A stretch of 63,977 nucleotides of DNA, filler included, from Folioceros fuciformis (lineage: Eukaryota): assembly GCA_049999805.1 (NCBI GenBank). It is 14 parts of 14 records of this genome, joined end to end, with 100 filler letters (N's around TTAATTAATTAA, not from the genome) between each part and the next. Parts side by side here need not be neighbours in the genome. Positions count along the whole stretch, not along the records: positions 8,428 to 11,329 come from JBNGIO010001822.1; positions 11,430 to 21,113 come from JBNGIO010001824.1; positions 21,214 to 23,627 come from JBNGIO010001825.1; 11 more parts are not named here. One strand, written 5' to 3'. The position numbers and the translations under genes are program-made. The notes beneath the pieces are model-generated. The model saw only the letters and a program-made list of their open reading frames with translations. It was not told where the DNA came from and did no database searches. Below, piece by piece: positions 11,301 through 23,727 of the stretch; within the stretch, counting starts at the first letter, position 1, and every line of letters begins with the position of its first letter.

Positions 11301-12981
11301 CTAACCAGGTTTAGGGTTTAGGGTCCGTGNNNNNNNNNNNNNNNNNNNNNNNNNNNNNNNNNNNNNNNNNNNNTTAATTAATTAANNNNNNNNNNNNNNN
11401 NNNNNNNNNNNNNNNNNNNNNNNNNNNNNTCCACATGATGAATAGATCCCCTGGAAAATGGCAAAGTTTGTTTTTTTTGGGTTTCTCATTGAATTTCGTA
11501 GGGGAGTGGTTAGGAGATTAGGTTAGATTAGAGGTTAGGTTAACAGTGAGTCGATAGGGTCTAGGTAGGGTGTGTGGTAGGTACGACACGGGCCCGGTTC
11601 CTCAGGGTAAGATGACCAGACGGAGAGGGAATCCTTGAACTGGTCGTGGGGCGGTGAGTCGGGGTTTCCTGGGAGAGTTCTGGTGGAAGTTGGGAACGGA
11701 GATGGAGATAAAGGTGCCTGGGGCCGAGGCCCTGAAAGCAGGCGGCCATGCAGGACGGGGCTAAGACTGTGGGTGCGCCAGATCCGAAAGGGGGCTGGCT
11801 GGCTAGCAGATCCAACCCGCCAGGAGGCCAGGTTCGGAGCCAGCAAGCTGGATTCGGGCTAAGGCCCGAGGAAGTCAGAGGGCTGGCCAGGGTGATTCAC
11901 GGTGGGCCGCAGATTAGCAGACCAGGTAGAAGCCGGCCAAGGCTGCCAGATCCAGGAGGTAGCCCGATTCGGCCAGGCAGCAGATGCCGGATCGGCGGCT
12001 GCTGTGGAGAAGCCGCCGTGCTGCAGGGGGCTGAGTAGCAGCGGTTTTGTGATCGGCTGGCCGGACCTGGGCTGAGGACGGGGCTGGCTGGCTGGATGCT
12101 GCAGGAGGCAGGGCGGCGCGAGTTCAGCCAACCATGCATGCAGAGCAAGCCAGCTGGGTACGGTTGCAGACAGGCAACTGGGCCAGCAGCGGCTGGCCAA
12201 GGTGGATCCAGCAAGCCAATCGGCAGGCTGGATGTATCGGGTGGCCCGGCTCGATCAGGGTTGGCAGCGACGCGGCGTCTGGATCTGGGGGTGGCGCCAG
12301 ATCCAAGGGAGGCGGCTGGTCGAGCTAGTCGGACTGGCCGGGTTGGACGTGGGTGTGCGGGTTGCCAAGGCAGGGAACCAGCAGCTAGCCGGCCCAGCAT
12401 CCAGCAGCAAGCTACTGCTTGTCGACTGGTGGCCGAGGGAGATCCAGGCCGACTGGCTGGGCTGTGGCCGGTCGGCAGGCAAGGCAGGCTAAGCAGGTGG
12501 GCAGCTTGAGCGACTCGGGACGGATCTGGATGGATGGCAAGCTAGAGGCGGGTCGGCTAGTGCTCGGCATGCGGCCTGGCTGATCGGCCAGACACCGGCT
12601 GGCTTGCAAAGGCCGGCTGTGGGCAACAGCCAAGCGACCTAGGAGCCGGCGGGCGACCAATAGATTAGGTAGGGCCGAAGGCTGGAGGACCCAGTAGGCT
12701 GGCCAGAGTCGGATCCCGAAGGCAGGCGGTCGGCTGGAGCTAGCAGCTAGTCGGATTGGATCCGAATGGAAGGCCAGCTAGGGGTCTCTGGCCAAATAGC
12801 CAGGTAGGCTAGAGCGGATCAGGCAGGGTGTTCCTGTTGGGGGCAGGCAGGCAGCCCGGCAGGGTGTATGGCAAGTGCTGACCGGATTGGGTGCAGGTGG
12901 TGGGCAGCAGCGCGGAGACTCCTTCTGCTCGTGGTGGCCTGGAGTAGCAGTTCGGACTGATTCGGGCATGGCGGGATGTCA

Positions 12982-13155
12982 AAGCTGGATCTTCCGATGT
13001 GAGTGCGAATTGCGTTGGGGGGTACACTGGGGATTGCGTACCTGCACCACGAGGCAAGCCAGCTGATTTTCCACCGAGCCATCAAGGCTAACAATATTTG
13101 GCTGGAAGGAAAGCGGAATGCTAAGGTTGCGGATTTCGGGTGGTCAAAGCTGGGC
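12982..13155 (+). pseudogene. Receptor-like kinase fragment (subdomains VIa-VII, LRR-VIII-1/At1g06840-like)
   Basis: [59 protein letters not shown] is mutated to HRA, there is an in-frame stop, and no flanking kinase sequence is visible. Confidence 0.85.
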
Positions 13156-14184
13156 TGGTGCGGAGCAAGAGGGGTTGAGTCCCGGGCATTGGTCGACGGT
13201 GGTGAAGATTTTGAAGAAGCATGATAACTAGATCGGGGGTGTCCTTGGCATGTCTTATATCCAGACTGTCTTGCACCAGCCTTCTACATGACGGAGCTAC
13301 AGCCTCAGCTGGTGAAAGACTGTAAGGGGACTTGTATGACTCCTTTTCCATGCCACCCATTTTCCAGCAATAGCATGTTATGGAAGTCCTCCTCTTTGAC
13401 GAGGGTGAAAACAATGTGGGCTCCGTAAAGCTCCGGGGATGATGTTGAGTAGACAGATGCTTGTGAGGAGGTTGAGGAGGATCGAAGCCATGAGTGCGAG
13501 CAATGGGTAGCTGGTGGCACATCCCTCCCGAAGTAGCCTGGCTTGCCACAGGCTCTTGCTAAACATCCTGGAGGATCTCCAAAGGTGCGGATTACGGGTA
13601 TGGTATGCTGATGAGTTGCTACACTCTGGCTTGAACCTTGACGAGAAGGTCAAAGGAACTGGACGATTGCTCAGTCAGGATGCAGCCAATCTTGGGATCC
13701 ATTTCCAGTTCAAGGGAGTTACGGTGGCCTGGACAAGGGTCGGAGGCGCAGGTTGCCAGAAGAATGCATGCGGACAAAGCCAAGGGACTGGCAAATTGCC
13801 CCATCCAGATATTGGAGTGTGGTCAACCAGAGGACATAACTAACATTTGGCTTTCCGTCGACAAGCAGCATGTTTGGCTGCTCGTAGGCGGAAGGTTTGA
13901 ATACAGACATGCGGGTTGTAGACGGGGAGCCAAATGGTGGAATGTCACTTTTAGGTGCCAGGTTTACAAGGCTGCTCCTCAAGGGCACCAGACCAACAAC
14001 GTGGAGGCTGAACGAACGTGAAGAGGTAGAGGCTCTGAAGGGTTGTAGGATGCTCTAAAGGAAAGGGATGGAATGATCTGAGAGAAGAGGGAGGGTGTTG
14101 AGAGGCACTAACGATTTTGGTAGTCTTGAGAGGTTGGTCAATTTTGGTAAGGGTACCCAGTGGTGTCCAAGGGACACAATCCGT

Positions 14185-14330
14185 ATTAGGTTGGGGTTAG
14201 GATTAGGTAGGATTAGGGTTAGGTTAGAGTTAGGATTAAGATTAGGTCAGAGTTAGGATTAGGATTAGGTCTGATTAGGTTAGGTCAGACTTAGGGTTAG
14301 GTTTAGGTCAGAGTTAGGTGCGGCTTAGGT
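14185..14330. repeat. Degenerate TTAGG-like (telomere-like) simple repeat
   Basis: Run of TTAGG/TTAGGA/TTAGGG variants; a shorter similar run lies at about 11505-11545. Confidence 0.7.
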
Positions 14331-14746
14331 CAGAGAGAGATGGTTAGGTGGTGATTGGGGTAGACAGAGATGGAGGGTTGGGCCAAGGCAGTACAAGAGG
14401 GCAGACCTACCATTGAGGCGGGGGTGGTCTTACGGTGTGATTTCCCTTGACCTTGCGTGCAGGCTACCGGATTAGAGTGGCTGATCCGGTGTGAGTCTAA
14501 CCAAGGGCTTGAACCCCCTTGCTATTAGGGGGACGTGGTGGATCCCTAGACTACCTAGATCCGTGTGGTCAGATCCGCAATGGCCGATCATTTTGCTGGT
14601 CAGCTGAGGTGAAGTGGCAGGGCCGTGAGCCAAGGAGGCTATCCAGCCCTAGTCCTCATACCTCTGCCTTGAAGACTGCAAGGGGAAAAGTTGTTGAGTC
14701 CTAAATTCCAGGTTGAGCTGCAGATTTTGGGAGTAGAAGATGAAGT

Positions 14747-14910
14747 GAAGTGCTGGAGTGAGTTGAGGATAAGTGTTGAAGTGCTGGAGTTAGTTGAAAA
14801 GAAGTGTTGAAGTGCTGGAGTGAGTTGAAGAGAAGTGCTAAAGTGTTGGAGTGAGTTGGAGAGAAGTGTTGAAGTGCTGGAGTGAGTTGAAGAGAGAGAA
14901 GTGCTGAAGT
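14747..14910. repeat. 31-bp tandem repeat (GAAGTGCTGGAGTGAGTTGAAGAGAAGTGTT) x ~5, decaying into (TGAAG)n to about 15020
   Basis: Unit read directly from the sequence. Confidence 0.85.
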
Positions 14911-15240
14911 GTAGATGAAGTGCTGGAGTGCTGAAGTGTGAAGTGAAGTGAAGAAGTGAAGGATTGAAGTGAGGAAGTGAAAGACTGAACTGAAGAGCTG
15001 AAGGCCTGAAGTGCTGGAGCGTGGAATTGGTGTGCTAAGCTGAAGACAGGCTAGGGATTCTGACCTTTTTGCTGTAGTGTGGTCAGGGCTAGGAACCGGT
15101 TGATAAATAGGGAGAGATTAGGGAATTGTAGGTAACCTTGACACTAGTTCACTCCCTTGGGAGCGAATCATAAGATTGTAACGATAATAAGGAGAAGTGT
15201 GGCCCCTTGGTGGTTCTTGGGTGTAAGAATCACTCCACAA

Positions 15241-15526
15241 AGGGTTTAGGGTGCAGCACCGGGGAGAAAAAAGGGTGGAGGGGGAAGAAAGAAAAAGGAA
15301 GAGGGGAAAGAAAAAAGAAGAAAAAGAGAGAGAAAGAAAGAAAAAAGGCGAAGAAAAAAAGGGGGTAAAGAATAGAAATTATTTTGTGAAGTACCAAGGC
15401 GGAGAAGAACTTCACAAAATAATTACCATTCTTTACCCCCTTTTTTTTCCCTTTAGCTTCATTTTTCTTTTCTATGTATATATATATATATATCCCTTTT
15501 TTTTCTTCCCCTTTTCCTAAACCCTT
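15241..15526. repeat. Foldback-like inverted repeat with a 39-bp near-perfect core hairpin
   Basis: Arms 15354-15392 and 15409-15447, 16-nt loop. Purine-rich left flank, pyrimidine-rich right flank, outer AGGGTTTAGG / CCTAAACCCT. Confidence 0.8.
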
Positions 15527-16123
15527 CCTTCTGTTCAGTTTACCAAATATCTTATTATAACTTAAGATAAATAACTAACATATTTTCAAATTTATCTAAT
15601 GATATTGTTCTGAACTCAATTTCCCTGTCCATCGGAGACGCGAGCGAACAGGAACCGTACGGCCGCAGTGTGCAGTGTTTATTTTATCCATAAACATTTC
15701 ACTTTTCTGCACAATCAATTGTATAAATTACTTAAAAAACTGCAGGTACAGCAACACCCCCTTCAGCGGAGTTGGCAGAGCCAACAACGATGTCTGTTGA
15801 GGTTTGTTACGGCCTCCTCCCTACATGGTGTGCGACAATAAGAGTGTTTCTGTTCGATGTTGTTGATTCCGGCCGCTTCCCAGGATTGGGAAACCAGGAA
15901 TACTTGTAACCTAGGATAACAAGAACTACAGTTCTTCTTCAAGTCTTCCCTGTTTAATGAAGTCTGCCGCAGTCGTTGGATCGAAGGGAGTGCCGTAACG
16001 GGATGAATTTCATAACATTGAAGATATCAACTAGAAAAGCTCACAAGCTACTAGGTAGTACCTGCTGGTGTTTGGTGATTCCAACACCATGGATGTCTTG
16101 TCAGGAGCTTATGGCCGTTGTCC

Positions 16124-18419
16124 TTAAAATGAGGAAGGCTCGCCTTCACCAGAAGATCGGCCATGGACGTGTGAAGGTTGCACTATATGTATTGTCTCAG
16201 GGTGTTCGTGGCTCCTGAGGGGCTCATCAGTCTTCTTGTACTTGTACCACTTGGCCACCACAAGATAGGCAAGGAAGTTGAGGAAGCTGAGGACTGCTAG
16301 GAGCCAGTTGAAGTAGTCGACGTGACCACGATTGAGGTTGTTAGGGATCCAACCAGGACTGTTGCCGCGCCTTGTGATCCGAGTGAGTATGGTCACCAGC
16401 AAACTGCTCAAATATGAGCCTAGTGCAACGGTGGTTAGCTGTAGGGCGCTTCCCAGGCTACGCATGGAATCTGGAGACTGGTCATAGAAGAACTCCAACT
16501 GCCCGATGAAAATGAACACTTCAGCGGCTCCTATCAAAAAATACTGAGGAATCTGCCAGAAGATACTTAGAGGGACTGGGTCCTTGTCGTTGTCCAGCAA
16601 TCCGTCCCGCTTGGCTATCTGCAGCCTCTCCATCTCCAAGATCGCAGCTGCCACCATGGCAAATGTCCCAATGGCGAGTCCGATGCCCATCCTCTGAATC
16701 TGGGTGAACCCTCGGGGATTGCCTGTCCAACGTCGGACCAGTGGGACAAGGAGGCGATCATATATAGGCACGCAGATCAAGACACTCAGGATGTCAAATA
16801 TTGACAGAGCAGCGGCAGGTAATTTAAAGTTGGGGCCTATGTGAACGTCCATTCTTGAACCTTGCAGCACAAAAAGAGAGGACATCTGGGCATATATGGT
16901 GGAGAAGATAATTGCCGTCGCCCACACCGGTAAAATGCGGAGTATGACCTTCACCTCCTCCACCTGAGTGACTGTGCAGAGCTGCCACGCTGTGGGAGCC
17001 TTGCCCGTTGCTTGCGGAATGGGTGTCTCAGTTGCGGCCTTGTCCAAGAATCTGAAATGCAGAGTTCGCTTCATGAGATAAAAGTCAAAATGACTGGTTC
17101 AGCATAACAGCTACCAACCAACAACAGGAGAACAAGGAGGACTGGCTTACGTGAACTGTTGGGTATGTTCAAGCTTGCTGTTTGCCTTCTTGTGTTTCTC
17201 TGCCTCGTCCTCGCTCTCCTCATACAGTACTTTTGCAGGAGCCACCTTCCACTTTCTCACTGCAGCAACCAAGACCTGGGCAATCCTGGTCAAAGGGCTG
17301 CCCCCCGGTTTCTGGTGTCTGTATAAAGGGGTACCCAGAAAGAAAAACACAATGGCAATAGCCATGGCTACTGCTGGTATTCCGAATCCCAGAGCCCAGC
17401 TCACATTGTCTTGGATGTACACAAGAATTGAGGATGAAATCAAAGCTCCCACATTGATTGAGAAATAGAACCAATTAAAGAACGAAGTCTTTTTCTTGTT
17501 CTCCTCCACATCATATTCATCAAACTGGTCAGCTCCAAATGAGGAGACACAAGGCTTGATGCCTCCTGTGCCCAGCGCAATCAAATACAGGGCAAAATAA
17601 AAAACACCGATTTGGAGAGAGCTCGATTTTGGGCATACATCTCCACTGCACGCAGGAGGCTTGAGGGAAGGCAACGCTGCTGACAGCGTAAGTAGGGTTG
17701 TACCCTGCACCCATAAAAGAGATTGAAACAGACAAGAGAAGTTAACAGCAAGCCACACCACTACCTTCTCCTCAGGTGGCTGGAAAGCTGCTGAGAGCAT
17801 TTGAAGCCAGTAACGGATGCAGCTTCTTACAATGAGGTAGACAAAGGAGAAGACGGAAATAGTCAAATATCGGCCCCACAGTGCATCAGCCAGGAAAGCT
17901 CCAATAAGGGGAGTTATGTAACAAGTCCCACCCCAATTGTTGACATTGGTGGAAGCAGGGCCACTGCTCTGCCGTAGAACGCCTGTCAAGTAGACCACAA
18001 GGTTTGTCGAAATTCCATAGTAGGCCAGTCTTTCGCAACACTCGTTTCCTGCGGCTCCAACATGCGTATCCCGAAGATGAGAATGTAGTTGGACACCAAA
18101 AAAAAAAAAAGGACAGACACCCCAGGACCACGTCAGCACTTCGACAGCTCACCCAGGATGAAAGGGCAAGCCTTCCAACCACCGGATGTAGACTTGATGG
18201 CAGGCCTGTGCCGGAGGTCCACAGACTCATCCTCGGTGTGGTATCCCGGTATCCGATCCGTCCCCTGTTCGTTCTGCAATATCCAATTTGCTTATAAGAG
18301 ATGACGCTGAAATCGGCAGCGCAGCTTAACAGTCAGAGTCGTGCAATCCAACACACCACAATCCGGACATCGTCGTCCTTCCGGGGAAGCAGGCCCCAGG
18401 CTCGTAAAACGAAGGCCAT
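16124..18419 (-). CDS. NRT1/PTR family (NPF8/PTR-like) peptide/nitrate transporter, multi-exon
   Basis: [22 protein letters not shown] (ExxER motif), [62 protein letters not shown]. The first exon and start (ATG 18419) are tentative. Confidence 0.95.
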
Positions 18420-19228
18420 TCAACTTGGTCGACAAGAAGTTGGCGCAAACCGAAAAATCCAGTACCAGGAGGCCTGAACTGGCTTGAGACGTGCAAACGG
18501 CTGAATGGGTGTCTGGGCGGGAATTCCAAGGTAATGGGGCTAAGTTGATGCAGCTACATGCTTCAAGACCCTGTCGTGCATAATTGGGCACCAAATCAGC
18601 TTCGCGAAGGACGAGAAATACGTTGCAATCCAAACGCTCTGGGAGCAGAGCACGAGCTGGCCTTACAGGGCTGACATACAGGACATGGCTGCAAAGAGTC
18701 CAAGAGAAAACACCAAAGCAAAAGAGACGAGAAGGATGTTCAGAGACGCCATCCCATCCGTACACGTTCATGTCACTCTTGACGACGACTTGAAACTCAA
18801 ATTTGGATTCCAGCGCTGCAGCATTGCCATCGCTCTCTTTCTGAACACAAGTGGGACGGCTGGGTGACTTGGTGAGCAGAATCTGCTTACCAGTCGCAGA
18901 CTTGCTGCCGGCAGCAGCACCTACCACTGTCACGTTACCACACTGGATCCAGATATATCCAAGCCAAGCCAAATTGCGTTCAAACTGGGCTCTCAATTCT
19001 CAGGGAGGTGAAGTGAGGTTCGTCTATGAAAGCTCACAAGCTCAACTGTGCGCAGGTCGACTCAACAAAACTGACCCATGATTAATTGTTTAATAATGAC
19101 CCCCTAAATTACATATATTTAACCCCTATTATTACTATTAACTAGAGTCTTTTGTATGGAATACGGTCTATGGAATATCGATTCGGAACCCGCATATAGC
19201 ATACTATCCCGTATTTTTAACCTAATGG

Positions 19229-19284
19229 ACATATCGACCGGATTCGGGTATTAGGCATATCGACCGGATTCGGGTATTAGGCAT
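19229..19284. repeat. 26-bp perfect tandem duplication (CATATCGACCGGATTCGGGTATTAGG x2)
   Basis: Read directly from the sequence. Confidence 0.85.
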
Positions 19285-19949
19285 TTCGATGTGATCAAAG
19301 ACTGTTTTTGCCCACACTGCACAACATTTTATATTTTGTCCTAACACAATCTCATTATGGTTTTTAGGGTTTGAGGGCAGATGATGTGAACCAAGTCACC
19401 GTGCTCGTTGTCACCTCCTTTTAGGGAATTAAGTTCATTCTCCCTCAATGCAAAGGTTCACTGCCAATCAAGTCCATCTCCCTCAAGGCAACGATCATGT
19501 TGCAACACCTTTGGCTACGGAAAGGTAGGGGGAATGAAACCATACAATAAAGAGAATGGAATCATATTATAAGGGGAATGGAATGATACAATCTTTATTC
19601 CAAGCCTATGAGGACAACATGACCCAACAACGGTTTATGGACAAAATCATAGATTCCATGGGCCTTTACAAGAAGACCCCACACTACAACAAAGACTAAA
19701 ATAGGCAAATGCTCCTCCATGTCATGGAGTGGCCTCCTCCTGCGTCCATGGCTTGGTTGTAAGTACACCTTCAATGGCTCCATCCTGCTCCTACACTCTC
19801 TACACAATGTCGTAATAGCAATGTGAAGCCAATACTTATCGAGGACGAAGTTCATACCCTCCAAGCCCTTTGCACACACATGGTCCTAGGCAACTTGCAA
19901 AGCTTGCACAACACACACAACGGTGTGGAAGGCATTTTTAGTGACTACA

Positions 19950-20780
19950 ATTGGAATATAAAACTTGCAAGTCAAGTTGCAATTGTAAGTTAGAGGGGCA
20001 TATGGAAGGCAAGGCAAGAGGCATTCTGCAAGGATTTCAGCAACTACACTGGATCTGGTCACCTTTCAAGGCAACCTACATATGCAATCCTCATGTACAG
20101 GTTGCATTTGTTCTTTCCAACTACACAATTTAAGGCCATCTACAATTTGGATATGTTATTTACAAGGAAATCTACAACGAGGATCAGCATTTATATAGTA
20201 CTCTTGCAACTCGTAAGGCCGTTTACAAGCCCAATTGTACAACACCCTTGGGTGTGTGAGAAAGTGATACCTACAGCAATTTGCAATTTGTAAGGCAATA
20301 TGGGGGGCAGCTGCATGACAACTCTACAAGGACATTGTACAACGCAGGGCACATGAACCATTTACAAAACACTTTGCATGTGCAACCCATTGTGCAGGGA
20401 CAATTTGCAAGGGCACCACATTCTACAAAGGCAATATGCTAATGCAACCTAGTCTATTATGACAATCTACAAGTGAAACGAAGTTTGCAAGAACAGTATG
20501 TAAGTTTCCCTCAGTCTGCAGTCTGCAAGGCTTTAGAGTCCTACAATCTTCAATGCAACACCCACATCAATTGGCAATCTACAAGGACATTGCACAACAC
20601 AATGTGCATGGACCATCTACAATGTAGTGTGTTGGGACAATTTGCAAGGTCTACCCACTCTGTAAGGCAACCTGCAAGGTCAACATAATCTGGTGGGACA
20701 GTTTGTAAGTACAACATGAGGTCCAAGGGTTTCCTACATGATGTGGGGAGAAAAATAATATCAACAAGCTTGTGCATCCT
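19950..20780. repeat. Highly degenerate tandem/satellite-like region (TACAAGG / CAATTTGCAAGG motifs)
   Basis: For example CTACAAGGACATTG at about 20324 and 20579, and GGGACAATTTGCAAGG at about 20397 and 20634. Confidence 0.55.
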
Positions 20781-21943
20781 AAACCGAGAAGAAAGATAGT
20801 TATGGACCAGAAAGAAATGTTCATTTGTCCTGATTAGTCCACATGGGTAGCAATGACAGATGAAAAAAAAAAGTATGTGTTGTAGGATAGTACATGATGT
20901 GAAATAAAACCTTGAAACCCATATGTATGTAAGAGATACTATAAAATATTGATGTATAATATATTATTGAAGAAAAAAAAGTTGAATTGCGCATTGTATG
21001 TTTGCATCAATATTCCACATTATTAGTGAAACTACAAAATAAAGTGGTCATTAATGAAAATATGATGCATTTGTCCCTAAAACTGCAAAATAAAATGAAG
21101 TACTCAGTAATGANNNNNNNNNNNNNNNNNNNNNNNNNNNNNNNNNNNNNNNNNNNNTTAATTAATTAANNNNNNNNNNNNNNNNNNNNNNNNNNNNNNN
21201 NNNNNNNNNNNNNTTGGGCGTAACAGTGTGCCGTTAGACTCAACAGGTGCACCTTTTCCCTCACCATTGGAGGCTCCTCCCTCACCGAATGTACCCATTC
21301 GCTCCACAAAGGATCCCCTCGGCTCTCCCCAAGCTCAACTTCTCGGCCATGTTGCAGATTCAAGCACTTTGCTTTATGAAGGTACACCTTGCAAGCTAAC
21401 CTTGAGTGTTGAGCCTCTGGCACCAGTACCACAATTCGTTGCTTCTGGTGGTGATCCGAGCTTACCTCCACAATGGAGACTACTTGCTATGCGCTGTGTG
21501 CCACCACCACAAGTCTTTGTACAAGCTAATTCTCTTCCAAGTTTGACATCTGAGATCAAGCAAGAGGAACTCACTCCTGTTTTCAAGAATCTAGAGACAG
21601 CCTACAAGGAGTACAAACTTGGTGAAGCACAAGCAAGAGATACAACACAGGAGCAACGTACCCAATAGTATCAAGCTCTCTAGCATTCAATCACACAAAT
21701 CAACACCAATTTGGTTTTTGTTGCTAAAATGGTTCGCCAAATCGAATCCACTTTTGATTCTGTGAATCCCATTAACACTGAACTTGATTTTGGGTCCTCT
21801 GAGCCCGTGTTGTGAGTGTGGTGCGGTTATTGTGAGCAGTACATCTCTATTTACATTTATACGCGTGGTTATTGACACGAATTCTTGGTTTTGCGTCATA
21901 ACACAAAGTCAGCTTTCTGTCAATAATCACAAGTTTACTGAAG

Positions 21944-23627
21944 ATGGCTACTCCTCCACCTCCACCACCACCACTGGCACCTTCTCCTCCTGCTCCGATC
22001 ATTAATGTTATGAATGTGAGTACGGATTTTAAGGAGAAAGACCGTTTTGATGACACCAAGTTGAAGTTTGGTCTAAGCGGATGAAGACTGCTCTAAATAC
22101 TCGAGATCTTCTTGCCATCATTGATGGCTCTCTTCCGAAACCACTTGGACCTTCACCCGCTCTCGACTCATGGACAAGGCAAGACAGACAAGCTATGCAC
22201 ATGATTATTTCTAGCTTGGACGAAGTCACTCTCCATCACACCGATGGTGCCCTCACCTTAGCAGAAGCTTGGAGGCAGATCACGAATATTGACCAATCCA
22301 CCAACGTAATGACATTGGTCATGGTTCACAATGAATTTTATTCTTTAAGAATGCAACCTTCTAACAGTGTTGCTACTCATGTGAGCAAGTTTCGGAATTT
22401 GCGTGCTTAACTTGCTGCTTTGGGGTCTCCATTAATAGAGTTCGAAGCTTCGGTGCAGCTACTAGCCAGCCTCCCAGCTAACTTTCAATCTTTTGTTTCT
22501 TCATAGAATGGCATTGTACGTGAAGCTCATCAAGCTGTGCGTGCTAATAAGACACCTTCAATTTCTATCTTCGAGATAGCTGGTGCTCTTTTACAAGAAG
22601 AGGCTTCTAGGTTCAATGTCGACACCTCGAAACATGGTGGTGATAGGGTGATGTTTGTCACCAAAGGTAGACAACCATTCAACAAGCGCAAGAATCCAAA
22701 TGCCAATTGTCGGCCTTCTACTCCTGGTATCACCTCCTTTGGGCCTTCTACACCAAATTCTTCCTCAACCCCTAAACGTAAGGGGACATGTAATTGGTGC
22801 AAAGCCCAAGAACACTGGGAGCAGGAATGCCGTAAGAAGAAGGTTGGTGAGCCCAAGCGGGACACCAAAACCGCTAACACAGCGATTGTTACTAAAGCAA
22901 GGCATAATTCCAAGACCGACATTGCTTTAACAATTTGTTTGGTTGCATTTGAGTATAAATCTTCTTGGCTGCTTGACTCTGCAGCTTCTGCTCACATATG
23001 CAGCCACAAACACATGTTTACGACATATTCGGCGGCTGATGCTCTTCATCGCTTTGTTCTCCTTGGCAATGACTTTGGCCTCTCAATAGCGGGCACTGGC
23101 TCAGAGACTTTCGAATTGGAAGATGGTTCTTCCCTTCTACTCACTGATGTGCTGCATGTACCTCAGATGGCCAAGAATTTAATTTCAGTTCGTCACTTGG
23201 TTAAGGATGGCATCTATAGGCTGGACTTTGGACGTGGTGATTGTCTACTCACTTGGTCTATTCATCCGGGCTGTGTTATTGCACGAGGCCATCCTCGCCA
23301 TGATTATATGTCTTCACCGACAAGCCCATGCTGGCAGTGTTGGCTCCACCGGCGGCTGCTGCTTCGGCTACCACTGACAGGGGGAGCTCACGTCATGGTG
23401 ATGTTTTCTCTGGCACTCTAGGCTTGGCCACATCAATTATTCCAAGCTGTAAACGATGTCTAAGCAAGACTTGTTTAGGGATAGGCTGCCTATTTTTACA
23501 AAGACGTCACTGTTGTGTGAATCTTGTATTTATGCTAAGCAATGCAGTTCACCGTATCCTGATCTTCCTACATGTCGGGCTACTCAGCCCTTGGAGCTTG
23601 TCCACATTGATCTTTGTGGGCCACTCC
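21944..23627 (+). mobile_element. Degenerate Ty1/Copia gag-pol (gag, zinc knuckle, protease, start of integrase)
   Basis: WSKRMKTALNTRDLLAIIDGS, CNWCKAQEHWEQEC, WLLDSAASAHIC, DVLHVPQMAKNLISV, CESCIYAKQ, PLELVHIDLCGP. In-frame stops present. Confidence 0.93.
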
Positions 23628-23727
23628 NNNNNNNNNNNNNNNNNNNNNNNNNNNNNNNNNNNNNNNNNNNNTTAATTAATTAANNNNNNNNNNNNNNNNN
23701 NNNNNNNNNNNNNNNNNNNNNNNNNNN

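Noticed and set aside
11308-11323. TTTAGGG x2 near a contig end (and the TTAGG run at 14185-14330) as a telomere
   Set aside because: Too short or degenerate, and followed by non-telomeric sequence.
11535-12970. Many overlapping Arg/Gly/Pro-rich ORFs on both strands
   Set aside because: GC-rich low-complexity repeat DNA that is depleted of stop codons; no domain signal.
18292-18996. 234-aa ORF upstream of the NPF gene
   Set aside because: Non-ATG start, no domain, and it overlaps the probable NPF first exon and 5' UTR.
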